From: Candidatus Omnitrophota bacterium
GTDB lineage: Bacteria; Omnitrophota; Gorgyraeia; Gygaellales; Profunditerraquicolaceae
Direction of reading: 5' to 3'
Assembly (NCBI GenBank): GCA_037134795.1
Contig: JBAXLM010000001.1
Location: 1-60,981, forward strand
DNA length: 60,981 nt
Positions 18,368 to 27,083 of this stretch are shown here, piece by piece. The translations under genes were made by a program, and so were the position numbers. The notes under the pieces were generated by a model that did no database searches, was not told where the DNA came from, and worked only from the letters and a program-made list of their open reading frames with translations. How positions within the stretch are numbered: the stretch's first letter is position 1; each line of letters opens with the position of its first letter.

Positions 18368-19774
18368 ATGAGTAAGAGAGTAACATTCATTTTTTTAGTA
18401 GCTATTTTATTTAGTGGCTGTGCAAGTACAGATAAATCTAGCCTTACGCGTTGGCAACCCTTGCCTGTTTTGGAGCCATTTAAGCAGGACGAGCGTGTAT
18501 TGATTTTAGCCCCGCATCCTGATGATGAGGCTATTGCTTGCGCGGGTGTTATCCAACAAGCACTTAAAGCAGGCGCTAAGGTAAAAATAGTTTATTTGAC
18601 TAGTGGCGACCACAATGAACTTGCTTTTATCGTTTATGAGAAAAGAATAACTGTGAGGCAGGGTGAGTTTATACATATGGGCCAGCTGCGCCAACAAGAA
18701 TCTATTAAGGCGATGAAGTTCTTAGGCCTAACCGAGGACGATCTTGTATTTTTAGGATATCCTGATTATGGGACTTTTGCTATATTTAGCCAGTATTGGC
18801 AGGTGCAGAAGCCATTTCGTGACCGGTTAACCCGCATATCTAGCGTGCCTTATAAAGATAATCCTTCTTACGGGGCTCCTTATCAAGGGGAGAGTATTTT
18901 AAGTGATTTAAGCAGGCAGCTTTTAGATTACAAGCCCGATAAAATATTTGTTTCACATCCGGCGGATGTCAATGTGGACCATAAATCACTTTATTTGTTT
19001 TTACAAGTAGCTTTAAGTGATTTAGAGGGGCTGATGCGTAAACCTAAGGTTTATCCTTATCTTGTTCATTGCGTGGGTTGGCCTAAGCCCAGGCATTACC
19101 ATCCAGAGCTAGAGCTATACCCTCCAGATAAATTTATTGGTTCCCAGATTAACTGGCAGCGTTTAAATTTAAGCTTTGAGGAACTAGATAAAAAATACAA
19201 GTCTATCTTTTATTATAAGAGCCAAACAGCATCAAGTGCTTTTTACCTGCTTGCTTTTGCGCGAGAAAATGAATTATTCGGTGACTATCCGGCTCTAGAA
19301 TTAAATCCTCAAACAACGTTGAAAGAGAAAGTTATTTCTTATTTTGGTTTCTCAGAGATGTTCAGGGAGTCAGAAGATTTAGGGTCATTTAAGCAGGATG
19401 ATCTTGTAGGAGACAAGGGCCAGGTTAGTTATGCCCAAGCAGATGATTATTTTATTATACGCGTGGATAAAACTAAAAAGCTAAGCAGAAGATTTGGGGT
19501 AATGCTTTATATATTTGGGTATAGCAAAGCCACTTCTTTCGCCGCAATGCCTAAAATAAAAATTATTACCATAGGAAATAAATTTAAGGTGTTTAACGGC
19601 AAAAAAAGAGTTACTGATTCAAAAGTGGCCTTAGATTTTAGCGGTAATTCTTTAATTTTAAAAATTCCGCTTGAACTTCTTAAGCGTCCGGATTACGTGT
19701 TGGCGTCACTTAAGGCTTATCATGAAAATTTGTCTGTTGACGCAGTTGGTTTTCGTAAAATTAAGATTAAATAG
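18368..19774 (+). CDS. PIG-L/LmbE-family deacetylase lipoprotein with an uncharacterised C-terminal half
   Basis: Lipobox FSGCAS. PIG-L motif LILAPHPDDEAIACAG, then HPADVNVDH. The last roughly 230 aa carry no motif I recognise. Confidence 0.7.
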   Translation: MSKRVTFIFLVAILFSGCASTDKSSLTRWQPLPVLEPFKQDERVLILAPHPDDEAIACAGVIQQALKAGAKVKIVYLTSGDHNELAFIVYEKRITVRQGEFIHMGQLRQQESIKAMKFLGLTEDDLVFLGYPDYGTFAIFSQYWQVQKPFRDRLTRISSVPYKDNPSYGAPYQGESILSDLSRQLLDYKPDKIFVSHPADVNVDHKSLYLFLQVALSDLEGLMRKPKVYPYLVHCVGWPKPRHYHPELELYPPDKFIGSQINWQRLNLSFEELDKKYKSIFYYKSQTASSAFYLLAFARENELFGDYPALELNPQTTLKEKVISYFGFSEMFRESEDLGSFKQDDLVGDKGQVSYAQADDYFIIRVDKTKKLSRRFGVMLYIFGYSKATSFAAMPKIKIITIGNKFKVFNGKKRVTDSKVALDFSGNSLILKIPLELLKRPDYVLASLKAYHENLSVDAVGFRKIKIK

Positions 19775-19815
19775 GAGATAGGATTTCGTTAGATTTTATG
19801 GGTGCTCAATTTTTC

Positions 19816-19843
19816 TTGCAATTTGGTTTACTTTTGTTATAAT
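19816..19843 (+). promoter_or_regulatory. Promoter TTGCAA-16-TATAAT upstream of the acyltransferase gene
   Basis: TTGCAA at 19816-19821 and TATAAT at 19838-19843. An 18-nt AT-rich stretch without SD precedes the ATG at 19862. Confidence 0.5.
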
Positions 19844-19861
19844 TCTTTTAATTGAATTAAT

Positions 19862-20773
19862 ATGGACTCTAAAAAATTACGTAAAAGCCTAAATCGTTTC
19901 TTAGCTTGGTTCGGTTTAAATATATGTTCTGGAATAGTTAAGGTTATCCCTGCTAGCTATCTTTATGTTTTTGCTAATAATATCGCCTCTTTGGCGTATA
20001 TCTTTGCGGTAAAACAGAAAAAGATTGCTTTGAATAGTTTAAGCATTGCTTTTGGCAAAGAAAAATCTCAAGTAGAGATTGAAAAGATCGCCAAAGATTG
20101 CTTTATTTACATGGCTAAGAGCGCGGTGGAACTGATGTTTCTCATGGATAAGCCGCTTGTTTTAAAAGAGCGGACAGATATCGTAGGTAAAGAAAATCTG
20201 GATAAGGCTTTAGCCAAGGGAAACGGAGTTATTTTAGTCAGCGCGCATTTTGGTAATTTTCCGCTTCTTTTAGGAAGGTTAGCGGTTGATGGTTATAAGG
20301 CAGGCGGGATTATGCGGCCGATGCGGGATGATAGGGTTGAGAAAATATTTCTTAAAAAACGGGATAAATTCGGAGTAAAAACTATTTATAGCCAGCCGCG
20401 CAATGAATGTGTAAATAATACCATCGGTGCTTTACGTAATAATGAACTAGTTTTTATTCCTATTGACCAGAATTTTGGGACCGGGGGGATATTCGTAAAC
20501 TTCTTCGGAGAAAAAGCAGCAACTGCTACTGGCCCGGTAATTTTAGCACAACGCACTAAAGCAGCGCTGATTCCTTGTTTTATCTTAAGGCAGCCTGGCG
20601 ATAAACATAAAATAATTTTTGAGCCTGCGTTAGAGTTAAAAGAGGGCAAAGACGTAGGAGATACTATATTAATAAATATTCAGAGGCTTACAGATATAAT
20701 TGAATCGTATATACGCAAATATCCTGCGGAGTGGGGTTGGATACACCGCAGATGGAAAAGTAAACCGGGATAG
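19862..20773 (+). CDS. LpxL/HtrB-family (lysophospholipid/lipid A) acyltransferase
   Basis: 303 aa with an N-terminal TM segment. Contains VSAHFGNFP (HX4D-type region), and the size is typical of late lipid A acyltransferases. Confidence 0.7.
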   Translation: MDSKKLRKSLNRFLAWFGLNICSGIVKVIPASYLYVFANNIASLAYIFAVKQKKIALNSLSIAFGKEKSQVEIEKIAKDCFIYMAKSAVELMFLMDKPLVLKERTDIVGKENLDKALAKGNGVILVSAHFGNFPLLLGRLAVDGYKAGGIMRPMRDDRVEKIFLKKRDKFGVKTIYSQPRNECVNNTIGALRNNELVFIPIDQNFGTGGIFVNFFGEKAATATGPVILAQRTKAALIPCFILRQPGDKHKIIFEPALELKEGKDVGDTILINIQRLTDIIESYIRKYPAEWGWIHRRWKSKPG

Positions 20774-20790
20774 AATAAGGAGGTGTACAA

Positions 20791-21015
20791 ATGGCAGTAG
20801 AAGAAAAGAAAGGTTGTGATACCAAGAAGACATGTTGTGATGCTAAGAAGACATTGTCTACGCTTCTTAAGGTTGTTTTAGGCCTAGCATTTTTAGTATT
20901 AGGTGGCTTGGCGATTTTAAGTTGGTGGGGTCCGCTTCTTATAATCGTTAAAGGTTGTGTTGGGCTGTTTTTAATTTTAGCTGGCGTAATCACTTTAGCT
21001 ATAGCTAAAGAATAA
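20791..21015 (+). CDS. Small two-TM membrane protein with a tandem Cys-rich N-terminal repeat
   Basis: Strong SD AAGGAGG 7 nt upstream. N-terminus GCDTKKT-CCDAKKT is encoded by a 21-nt tandem repeat, followed by two hydrophobic helices. Confidence 0.5.
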   Translation: MAVEEKKGCDTKKTCCDAKKTLSTLLKVVLGLAFLVLGGLAILSWWGPLLIIVKGCVGLFLILAGVITLAIAKE

Positions 21016-21040
21016 TAAAACAGTTTGAGATGGAAACTGT

Positions 21041-21083
21041 GGGGTCGGGTTATAAAAGAATAGCCCGGCCCCATTTTCTTTTT
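21041..21083 (+). terminator. Intrinsic terminator
   Basis: A 9-bp stem GGGGTCGGG (21041-21049) / CCCGGCCCC (21064-21072) with one G-U pair, followed by ATTTTCTTTTT. Confidence 0.7.
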
Positions 21084-21109
21084 GCTTTTATTTAGTTTTC
21101 ATATATAAT
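21082..21109 (+). promoter_or_regulatory. Candidate bioY promoter TTGCTT-16-TATAAT, with an overlapping AT palindrome
   Basis: TATAAT is at 21104-21109. The palindrome ATATAAT-N6-ATTATAT spans 21103-21122. Confidence 0.4.
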
Positions 21110-21139
21110 ATAGGAATTATATTTAAGAAGGAGCCTAAT

Positions 21140-21709
21140 ATGGAAGCCGTTATTAAGAGAGAGTTAGTCACCGATAAAAGAGTTTGTCAGCTGTTGGCAG
21201 TGGTGAGTTTTGTTGCGCTAACTGCTTTATCTGCTTTTGTGCGCATACCATTGCCTTTTACCCCTGTGCCACTTACCTTACAAACATTCTTTGTTCTGTT
21301 GTCCGGAGCGCTTCTGGGTAGGAGATTGGGTTTATTCACGCAAGGAGTTTATGTGCTTTTGGGATTCGTCGGTTTACAGGTGTTTACAGGTTCTGGTAGC
21401 GGAATGCTTTATCTTCTGGGCCCTACTGGGGGCTATATTTTTGGTTTTCTCCTGGCTGCTTTTTTTGCAGGCAGTTTGTTCGTAAAGGGAAAACAAGGGG
21501 TAGCTGCTATTTTTCTTAAGTTTCTTTTCTGCGATTTTATAATTTTGTTTAGTGGCATGCTTTGGCTTAAAATAACCTTATCTTGCTCTTTAACTCAAGC
21601 ATTTTTGCTTGGGGCGCTACCGTTTGTTTTTGGTGATATGCTGAAAGTAATTCTTGCAACAGCTGTTTATGCCAAAACGCACTCGCGTATTAAAGCAGCT
21701 CTTTATTAA
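21140..21709 (+). CDS. bioY: Biotin transporter BioY
   Basis: 189 aa with 5-6 TM helices. The motif IPLPFTPVPLTLQTFFVLLSGALLG is characteristic of BioY. SD AAGGAG. Confidence 0.8.
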   Translation: MEAVIKRELVTDKRVCQLLAVVSFVALTALSAFVRIPLPFTPVPLTLQTFFVLLSGALLGRRLGLFTQGVYVLLGFVGLQVFTGSGSGMLYLLGPTGGYIFGFLLAAFFAGSLFVKGKQGVAAIFLKFLFCDFIILFSGMLWLKITLSCSLTQAFLLGALPFVFGDMLKVILATAVYAKTHSRIKAALY

Positions 21710-21743
21710 TCAGCAGCCTACTTAGTAACTTGTTTTGGAATAA

Positions 21744-23135
21744 ATGAAAATCCTGTTTTTCAAGTTGCTTTCTCTGTTTCTGCTTTCTCTTTGCCTGGGG
21801 ATTTGCGCTAATTCCTTTGGAATGAATGCGCATCAGGCCCTTTCCATAAGTATATTTTCTGCTTCTATTCTGGGTACGCTTTTTTTCTGGGATTTCCGCC
21901 TCAGCTTTGCTTTTATCGGCACATCCGTATTGCTAATGACTAAAACCATCGATTTAGAGCATGTTATTGAATTCTCGTCGCTTGAAGTGATCCTTTTTCT
22001 GGTGGGAATGATGGTGATTATCGGCTTACTGAAAGATTCCGGAGTTTTTGCTTGGATCGTAAGCCTGATTCTACGTATCCCCAGGTTAAGCGGTAGAAAG
22101 TTTGTGTTATTTATAGCACTGATATCTGCTTTACTTGCTTGTACCATTGATGAAGTAACTTCGATTATCTTTATGGTTGTTGCGATCATAGAGATTTGTG
22201 ATTACTTTGAGGCTAACCCGGTACCTTTTGTGATAATCTCTGTTTTGGCGACTAATATTGGCTCTGCAGCTACAGTTTTAGGCAACCCAATAGGAATACT
22301 TATTGCCTCAAAATCCGGCTTAACCTTTGAAGATTTTATTACCAAAGCCTTTCCTTTGGCTGCAGTTTGTTTATTAGTTACTATTGCCATACTTTTATTT
22401 TGGTATAAAAAATCAATTAAAGTTCTTAATGATCAGATGCAAAGATTAGGGGCTAATGAAATGTTGATTAAGCTAATCTCAGTGCCGCCGGCAAGGGATC
22501 TAAAAATAAGTTTAGGAATATTTGCAGTAATGTTAGTTTTTCTAACACTACATCATCGTATGGAAGTAGCCTGGGGGTTACCTGCTAATACTATTTTATT
22601 GGTTGTGCCACTTGTGGCCAGCGGTTTGGTAATGATCTGGAAGCACCAGAAGGCCAGGAAATATATTGAAAAAGACGTAGAATGGTGGACGCTGCTTTTC
22701 TTTTTGCTTTTATTTATTCAGGCGGGAACATTAAAATATACTGGAGTAACTGTTTTTATTGCTAAACATATGCTTGCAGCAACTGGCAATAATCTCGATC
22801 TTTTGACTTCTGCTATACTCTGGATAAGTACAATAGGATCAAGCGTATTGGATAACGTAGTTTTAGTAGCGGCTTTTATCCCCGTTGTGCAGGGATTCCA
22901 AAGTTTAAATATAAACCTGCAGCCGTTATGGTGGGCGTTGCTTTTTGGGGGGTGCTTAGGAGGCAATATTACTTTAATTGGCTCAACTGCAAATATTGTA
23001 GCAATTGGTATTGTAGAAAAAGAAAAACATATTAAAATAAGTTTTCTTAATTGGTTCTGGGTAGGTTTAACCGTGGGTTTAATTACAACAGTAATTGTAA
23101 TGGCGGCACTTTTATTTCTTCCGTTTTACAGATAA
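21744..23135 (+). CDS. ArsB/NhaD-superfamily (CitMHS-like) anion permease
   Basis: A 463-aa polytopic protein with repeated GNPIGILIA and GSTANIVA hairpin-type motifs. A paralogue lies at 33896-35164. Confidence 0.7.
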   Translation: MKILFFKLLSLFLLSLCLGICANSFGMNAHQALSISIFSASILGTLFFWDFRLSFAFIGTSVLLMTKTIDLEHVIEFSSLEVILFLVGMMVIIGLLKDSGVFAWIVSLILRIPRLSGRKFVLFIALISALLACTIDEVTSIIFMVVAIIEICDYFEANPVPFVIISVLATNIGSAATVLGNPIGILIASKSGLTFEDFITKAFPLAAVCLLVTIAILLFWYKKSIKVLNDQMQRLGANEMLIKLISVPPARDLKISLGIFAVMLVFLTLHHRMEVAWGLPANTILLVVPLVASGLVMIWKHQKARKYIEKDVEWWTLLFFLLLFIQAGTLKYTGVTVFIAKHMLAATGNNLDLLTSAILWISTIGSSVLDNVVLVAAFIPVVQGFQSLNINLQPLWWALLFGGCLGGNITLIGSTANIVAIGIVEKEKHIKISFLNWFWVGLTVGLITTVIVMAALLFLPFYR

Positions 23136-23190
23136 CTTGACAAATATAAAAAACTGTGTTAATTTTATAAATATCCAAGGAGGCATAAAA

Positions 23191-23739
23191 ATGAATATTG
23201 CTAGAAGTTTAGTTATTACTGTTTTTATCTTATTTATCGCCATGGGTACATTTGTTGTTTTTGCGCAAGAGACAGCTATTTTATCTCCAAATGACCTTGC
23301 GCCTGCTTCCACGTTAGAGAGTCCTGAGGATACGGAAGGGAATACACAGTGGGTTTGGGGAGAAGTAACTAATCTAGATATAAAGGCTAATACAATTACT
23401 TTAAAATACCTTGATTATGAAAATGACCAGGAGAAAGAGTTCGCTTTGGTGGTTGACGGAAATACTGCTTATGAGAATTTAAAAAGTTTTGATGAGATAA
23501 AGATTAAAGATACCTTAAGCATAGATTATAAAGTAACATCAGATGGAAAGAATCTTGCTAAAAATATAAGCCTTGAGAAGTCAGACATTCTTCCTGCTGA
23601 TGCGCAAGATTCTGCTGTTGGCAATATGCCTTTAAGCGTTCCTTTGCAGACAGCTGCTCCTATTATGGAACAGCCAATAGTGGAATCAGTTACAGCTGCA
23701 CCAGAAGTAGCACCGGTTGCTGCGCAACAAGCTCAGTAA
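23191..23739 (+). CDS. Secreted hypothetical protein
   Basis: SD GGAGG 5 nt before the ATG at 23191. Signal peptide ...VVFAQE. Pro/Ala/Gln-rich C-terminal tail. No recognisable domain. Confidence 0.5.
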   Translation: MNIARSLVITVFILFIAMGTFVVFAQETAILSPNDLAPASTLESPEDTEGNTQWVWGEVTNLDIKANTITLKYLDYENDQEKEFALVVDGNTAYENLKSFDEIKIKDTLSIDYKVTSDGKNLAKNISLEKSDILPADAQDSAVGNMPLSVPLQTAAPIMEQPIVESVTAAPEVAPVAAQQAQ

Positions 23740-23774
23740 TTATTCAAGAGAGATGAACATTCCCTCGCTTAAAC

Positions 23775-23859
23775 ATCCCGAAAATCTCTCCGATATTTTC
23801 AGGATAAGCTCGGGATAAATTCGCACAATAACTTACTCACACTCCGTGTTCGTAAGTTA
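23775..23859 (+). other. Structured intergenic segment with stacked hairpins
   Basis: ATCCC (23775-79) pairs with GGGAT (23812-16), enclosing GAAAAT (23780-85) / ATTTTC (23795-800). A separate 8-bp stem TAACTTAC (23829-36) / GTAAGTTA (23852-59) follows. Confidence 0.4.
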
Positions 23860-23871
23860 TGTACTCATTTA

Positions 23872-23906
23872 TAGGCAGGGGTTGTAGCCCTGCCTAAATT
23901 ATTTTA
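23872..23906 (+). terminator. Intrinsic-terminator-like hairpin directly abutting the next start codon
   Basis: TAGGCAGGG (23872-80), loop GTTGTAG, then CCCTGCCTA (23888-96), then AATTATTTTA, then the ATG at 23907. Confidence 0.55.
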
Positions 23907-24545
23907 ATGCAGAAAATAAAATTAATTATTTTTGATTTAGACGGTACTTTAGTTGACGCTTATTCAGCAATAGAAAGTAGTTTTAACTATTGTATGCGTA
24001 AATTGGGGAAAAAACCAAAAAGCTCGGCTCTTATCCGTCGAGCGGTAGGTTGGGGAGATAAAAATCTGCTTGCGCCATATGTAGATAAGAAAGACTTGTC
24101 TACTGCTGTTTCTCTTTATCGTAAGCATCATAAATCTAGTTTGCGTAAGCATGCCAGGCTTTATCCAAAGGTACGTTTACTTTTGCGGCAATTTAAAGCC
24201 AAGGGGTATAAATTAGCAGTAGCAAGTAACCGGCCGACTGAGTTTTCTCTTATTTTGTTAAAGCATTTGCATATTATTAAATTCTTTGATTATTTTCTTT
24301 GCGCCGATAAATTAAAACATGGCAAGCCTGCTCCGGAAATCTTAGATAAGATAATTCGTAGGTTTACATTTAAGAAATCTCAAGCGTTATATGTGGGTGA
24401 CATGACAATTGATGCTCAAGCAGGAAGAAGGGCGGGAATTAAAACAATCATTGTAGCTACTGGCTCTAGCAGTTTATCTGAGATTAAAAAAGAGCGCCCG
24501 TTCAAAATAATTCCTGAAGTTAGTAAATTAGCTGATTTAATGTAA
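23907..24545 (+). CDS. HAD-superfamily phosphatase (phosphoglycolate phosphatase-like)
   Basis: Motif I IIFDLDGTLVDA, motif II ASNR, and motif III/IV K...YVGDMTIDAQAG. Confidence 0.8.
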   Translation: MQKIKLIIFDLDGTLVDAYSAIESSFNYCMRKLGKKPKSSALIRRAVGWGDKNLLAPYVDKKDLSTAVSLYRKHHKSSLRKHARLYPKVRLLLRQFKAKGYKLAVASNRPTEFSLILLKHLHIIKFFDYFLCADKLKHGKPAPEILDKIIRRFTFKKSQALYVGDMTIDAQAGRRAGIKTIIVATGSSSLSEIKKERPFKIIPEVSKLADLM

Positions 24546-24548
24546 ACC

Positions 24549-25244
24549 TTGCGAGGTAAAGCCTTGACAGTTAGATCAATCGGTAATATATTAAAAAGCA
24601 AGGTGAAGAGAAACTTTAGGTTATTTGTCTTTGGGGTTGTTTTATTTTTGGCAGGGTGTTTTTCAACCAAGCCATGTATACAATTAGATAAGAGTTTGAT
24701 AGGGGAAGTTTTAGGGCCTTATTCCGGGCAAAAAGCGAAAATAGCGGTTAGCGATTTTGAATTGAAAACATCCGGAGCTAACGCACAGGCCGGGTTGGCT
24801 TTAAAAGATGCTTTTATCAGCATATTAAATAATTCTCAGCGTTTTTTAATCGTTTCTTTGTCTGATGCGGATTTAATTATTAACGTTAATATTAATGAAT
24901 TTGTTCCGGAAAGCTCCGGTGGTAAATCCGGAATAGGCGGAGGCGGTAGCGGGCAAAGTAATTTTATGGGAGGTTTATTGAGCCCAACTTTGAGTAAATC
25001 CAATATGCAGTTAGGTTTACGTATTATTGACCACGCTAGCTCAAGTGTAATAAGTAACCGGGATATCTACAGCCAGGTATCACAGATTCCCGGTCATAAA
25101 ATAAAAATTCCTCGTGTTATGGTTTTTAAGGCAGGCTTAAGTATGTACGCGGACACTCCTATGGGAAAAGTAATTTATGATTGCCTACTTGAGGCAACAC
25201 GTTATATCGCGCAAAATGTACCATTGAATTACTACAAAAATTAA
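24549..25244 (+). CDS. CsgG-family-like outer-membrane lipoprotein
   Basis: Lipobox LAGCFS. Blocks align by eye with CsgG: KIAVSDFELKTSG..AGLALKDAFISILNNSQRFLIVS, a Gly-rich SGGKSGIGGGGSG, and LGLRIIDHASSSVIS. The start is uncertain (TTG at 24549 or GTG near 24603). Confidence 0.55.
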   Translation: MRGKALTVRSIGNILKSKVKRNFRLFVFGVVLFLAGCFSTKPCIQLDKSLIGEVLGPYSGQKAKIAVSDFELKTSGANAQAGLALKDAFISILNNSQRFLIVSLSDADLIINVNINEFVPESSGGKSGIGGGGSGQSNFMGGLLSPTLSKSNMQLGLRIIDHASSSVISNRDIYSQVSQIPGHKIKIPRVMVFKAGLSMYADTPMGKVIYDCLLEATRYIAQNVPLNYYKN

Positions 25245-25246
25245 AT

Positions 25247-25327
25247 ATGGGAAAAAGAAAACGTAGAGGAAAGCTTAACTGGCGTTCCAAGAAAGCAAAT
25301 AAAGGCAGAAAACCCTGTTTAGGTTAA
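25247..25327 (+). CDS. Unannotated 26-codon, highly basic ORF resembling ribosomal protein bTHX
   Basis: MGKRKRRGKLNWRSKKANKGRKPCLG. It shares the MGK...RRGK(I/L)xW...K.RK pattern of Thermus Thx ([25 protein letters not shown]). It starts 2 nt after the upstream stop. Confidence 0.35.
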   Translation: MGKRKRRGKLNWRSKKANKGRKPCLG

Positions 25328-25337
25328 ACTCCTACAT

Positions 25338-26081
25338 ATGGTTTTACTCTGGATTTTAGCCAGTACATTTTTAGTAAGTTTAATATCTTTAGTAGGCATT
25401 TTTACCCTGGCTATAAAGGATAATTTGCTGCATAAGATCCTTTTTTGTCTAATCGGCTTCTCTGCCGGGGCCCTCATCGGCAGTGCCTTTTTGCACATCC
25501 TTCCGGAATGCCTGGAAAACAACAAAAGCAATGTTGTTTTTTCTTACCTGATTCTTGGAATCATTATTTTCTTCCTTATGGAAAGATACCTGCATTGGCG
25601 GCATTGCCATGAGGAGGGTGCTTGCAAAACCCATGCCTTTACTTATTTAACATTAGTTGGAGACGGATTCCATAACTTTATTGACGGTATGGTAATTGCC
25701 GCAAGTTTTACGGTGTCAATAAAGCTTGGGTTAGTTACTACTTTGGCGGTTATCTTGCATGAGATTCCCCAAGAGTTGAGTGATTTCGCGGTATTGGTTT
25801 ATGGCGGGTTTACCAAGAAAAAGGCATTATTATTTAATTTTGCTTCAGCGCTTATGGCTATGATTGGGGCAGTAATAGGATTTTTTTTAACAGGCTTAAG
25901 CGTGAATTTTTCAAACTTTATTTTGCCAATTACTGCCGGAGGGTTTATCTATATCGCAACTAGCGATCTCATTCCGGAGCTGCATAAAGAAAATGACCTT
26001 AAACGCTCAACTGCTGCTTTTTGTGCCTTTTTGCTGGGGATAGCATTCATGGCATTAGCGAAGAAATTCTTACCAGGGTAA
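25338..26081 (+). CDS. ZIP-family divalent metal transporter (ZupT-like)
   Basis: 247 aa with 8 TM helices. ZIP signatures GDGFHNFIDG and HEIPQELSDFAVL. Confidence 0.85.
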   Translation: MVLLWILASTFLVSLISLVGIFTLAIKDNLLHKILFCLIGFSAGALIGSAFLHILPECLENNKSNVVFSYLILGIIIFFLMERYLHWRHCHEEGACKTHAFTYLTLVGDGFHNFIDGMVIAASFTVSIKLGLVTTLAVILHEIPQELSDFAVLVYGGFTKKKALLFNFASALMAMIGAVIGFFLTGLSVNFSNFILPITAGGFIYIATSDLIPELHKENDLKRSTAAFCAFLLGIAFMALAKKFLPG

Positions 26082-26102
26082 TTAAAACATTTAAAGATTT
26101 TT

Positions 26103-27083
26103 ATGAAGATAAAAGCGTTGGCTCTGATTTCTGGCGGCCTGGATAGCCTATTGGCGGCAAAACTTATTAAAGATCAGGGCGTGGAAGTAATTGGCCTGCA
26201 TTTTAAAATTCCTTTTTGTAAAATAGACATAAAGAAAAGTTTTCCCGATATTGGTATAAGAATAATCGAAGTGAATTTAAGTAATGAATTTCTTGAAGTG
26301 GTGAAAAATCCTCACCACGGATTTGGGTCTAATATGAACCCTTGCATTGACTGCAAGATCCTTATGTTTACTAAAGCTAAAGAAATGCTTTCTGAATTAG
26401 GCGCTAGTTTTGTCATTACCGGTGAGGTGCTTGGGCAGCGCCCGATGTCTCAGAATAAACAGGCATTAAGGTTAATTAAGCGGAAAAGCGGCCTGGATGA
26501 TTTATTACTCCGGCCATTATCAGCTAAGTTTTTCCCCGAAAGCGTTGCCGAGAAGCAAGGGTGGGTAAAAAGAGATGGACTCTTGGATTTCAACGGCCGC
26601 AGGCGTAATCCACAAAAGAAATTAGCTCAAGAGTTGGGCATTGTTAAATACGCACAGGCTGCCGGAGGATGCTTGTTAACTGATCCATGTTTTTCTAAAA
26701 GGCTAGAAGAGTTATTGGCGCATAAAGAGCTAAATTTGGATAATCTTGAACTATTAAAAATTGGCAGGCATTTTCGTATAAGTAAAAATACTAGATTTGT
26801 GGTAGGTAGAAACGAGTCTGAGAATATGCAACTTATGAAACTAGTTAAGCCTGGTGATTATTTATTTCATGCGCAAAACGATTTAGCTGGGCCTGTTTCT
26901 TTAGCTAGGGGGGTAGTTGATTCTAAGTTGCTTGCACTTTGCGCGCAAATAACAGCGGCCTATTCTGATACTGCGGAAGTTCCTGCAATCGATGTGTTTT
27001 ATAGGCATCTTCCTACGCTAGAAGAAAAAAAACTTAAAACCCCTTGTGTGCCTAAAAGTGATTTTGTACATTTATTATTATGA
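26103..27083 (+). CDS. PP-loop ATPase of the ThiI/MnmA-like tRNA sulfurtransferase superfamily
   Basis: PP-loop ALISGGLDS. Cys motifs NPCIDCK and GGCLLTDPC. No THUMP domain. Confidence 0.65.
   Translation: MKIKALALISGGLDSLLAAKLIKDQGVEVIGLHFKIPFCKIDIKKSFPDIGIRIIEVNLSNEFLEVVKNPHHGFGSNMNPCIDCKILMFTKAKEMLSELGASFVITGEVLGQRPMSQNKQALRLIKRKSGLDDLLLRPLSAKFFPESVAEKQGWVKRDGLLDFNGRRRNPQKKLAQELGIVKYAQAAGGCLLTDPCFSKRLEELLAHKELNLDNLELLKIGRHFRISKNTRFVVGRNESENMQLMKLVKPGDYLFHAQNDLAGPVSLARGVVDSKLLALCAQITAAYSDTAEVPAIDVFYRHLPTLEEKKLKTPCVPKSDFVHLLL

Noticed and set aside
20688-21074. A 128-aa minus-strand ORF overlapping the small Cys-rich gene.
   Set aside because: The plus-strand 74-codon gene has a strong AAGGAGG SD, two clean TM helices and its own terminator. 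The minus-strand product has no features and would run through that terminator.
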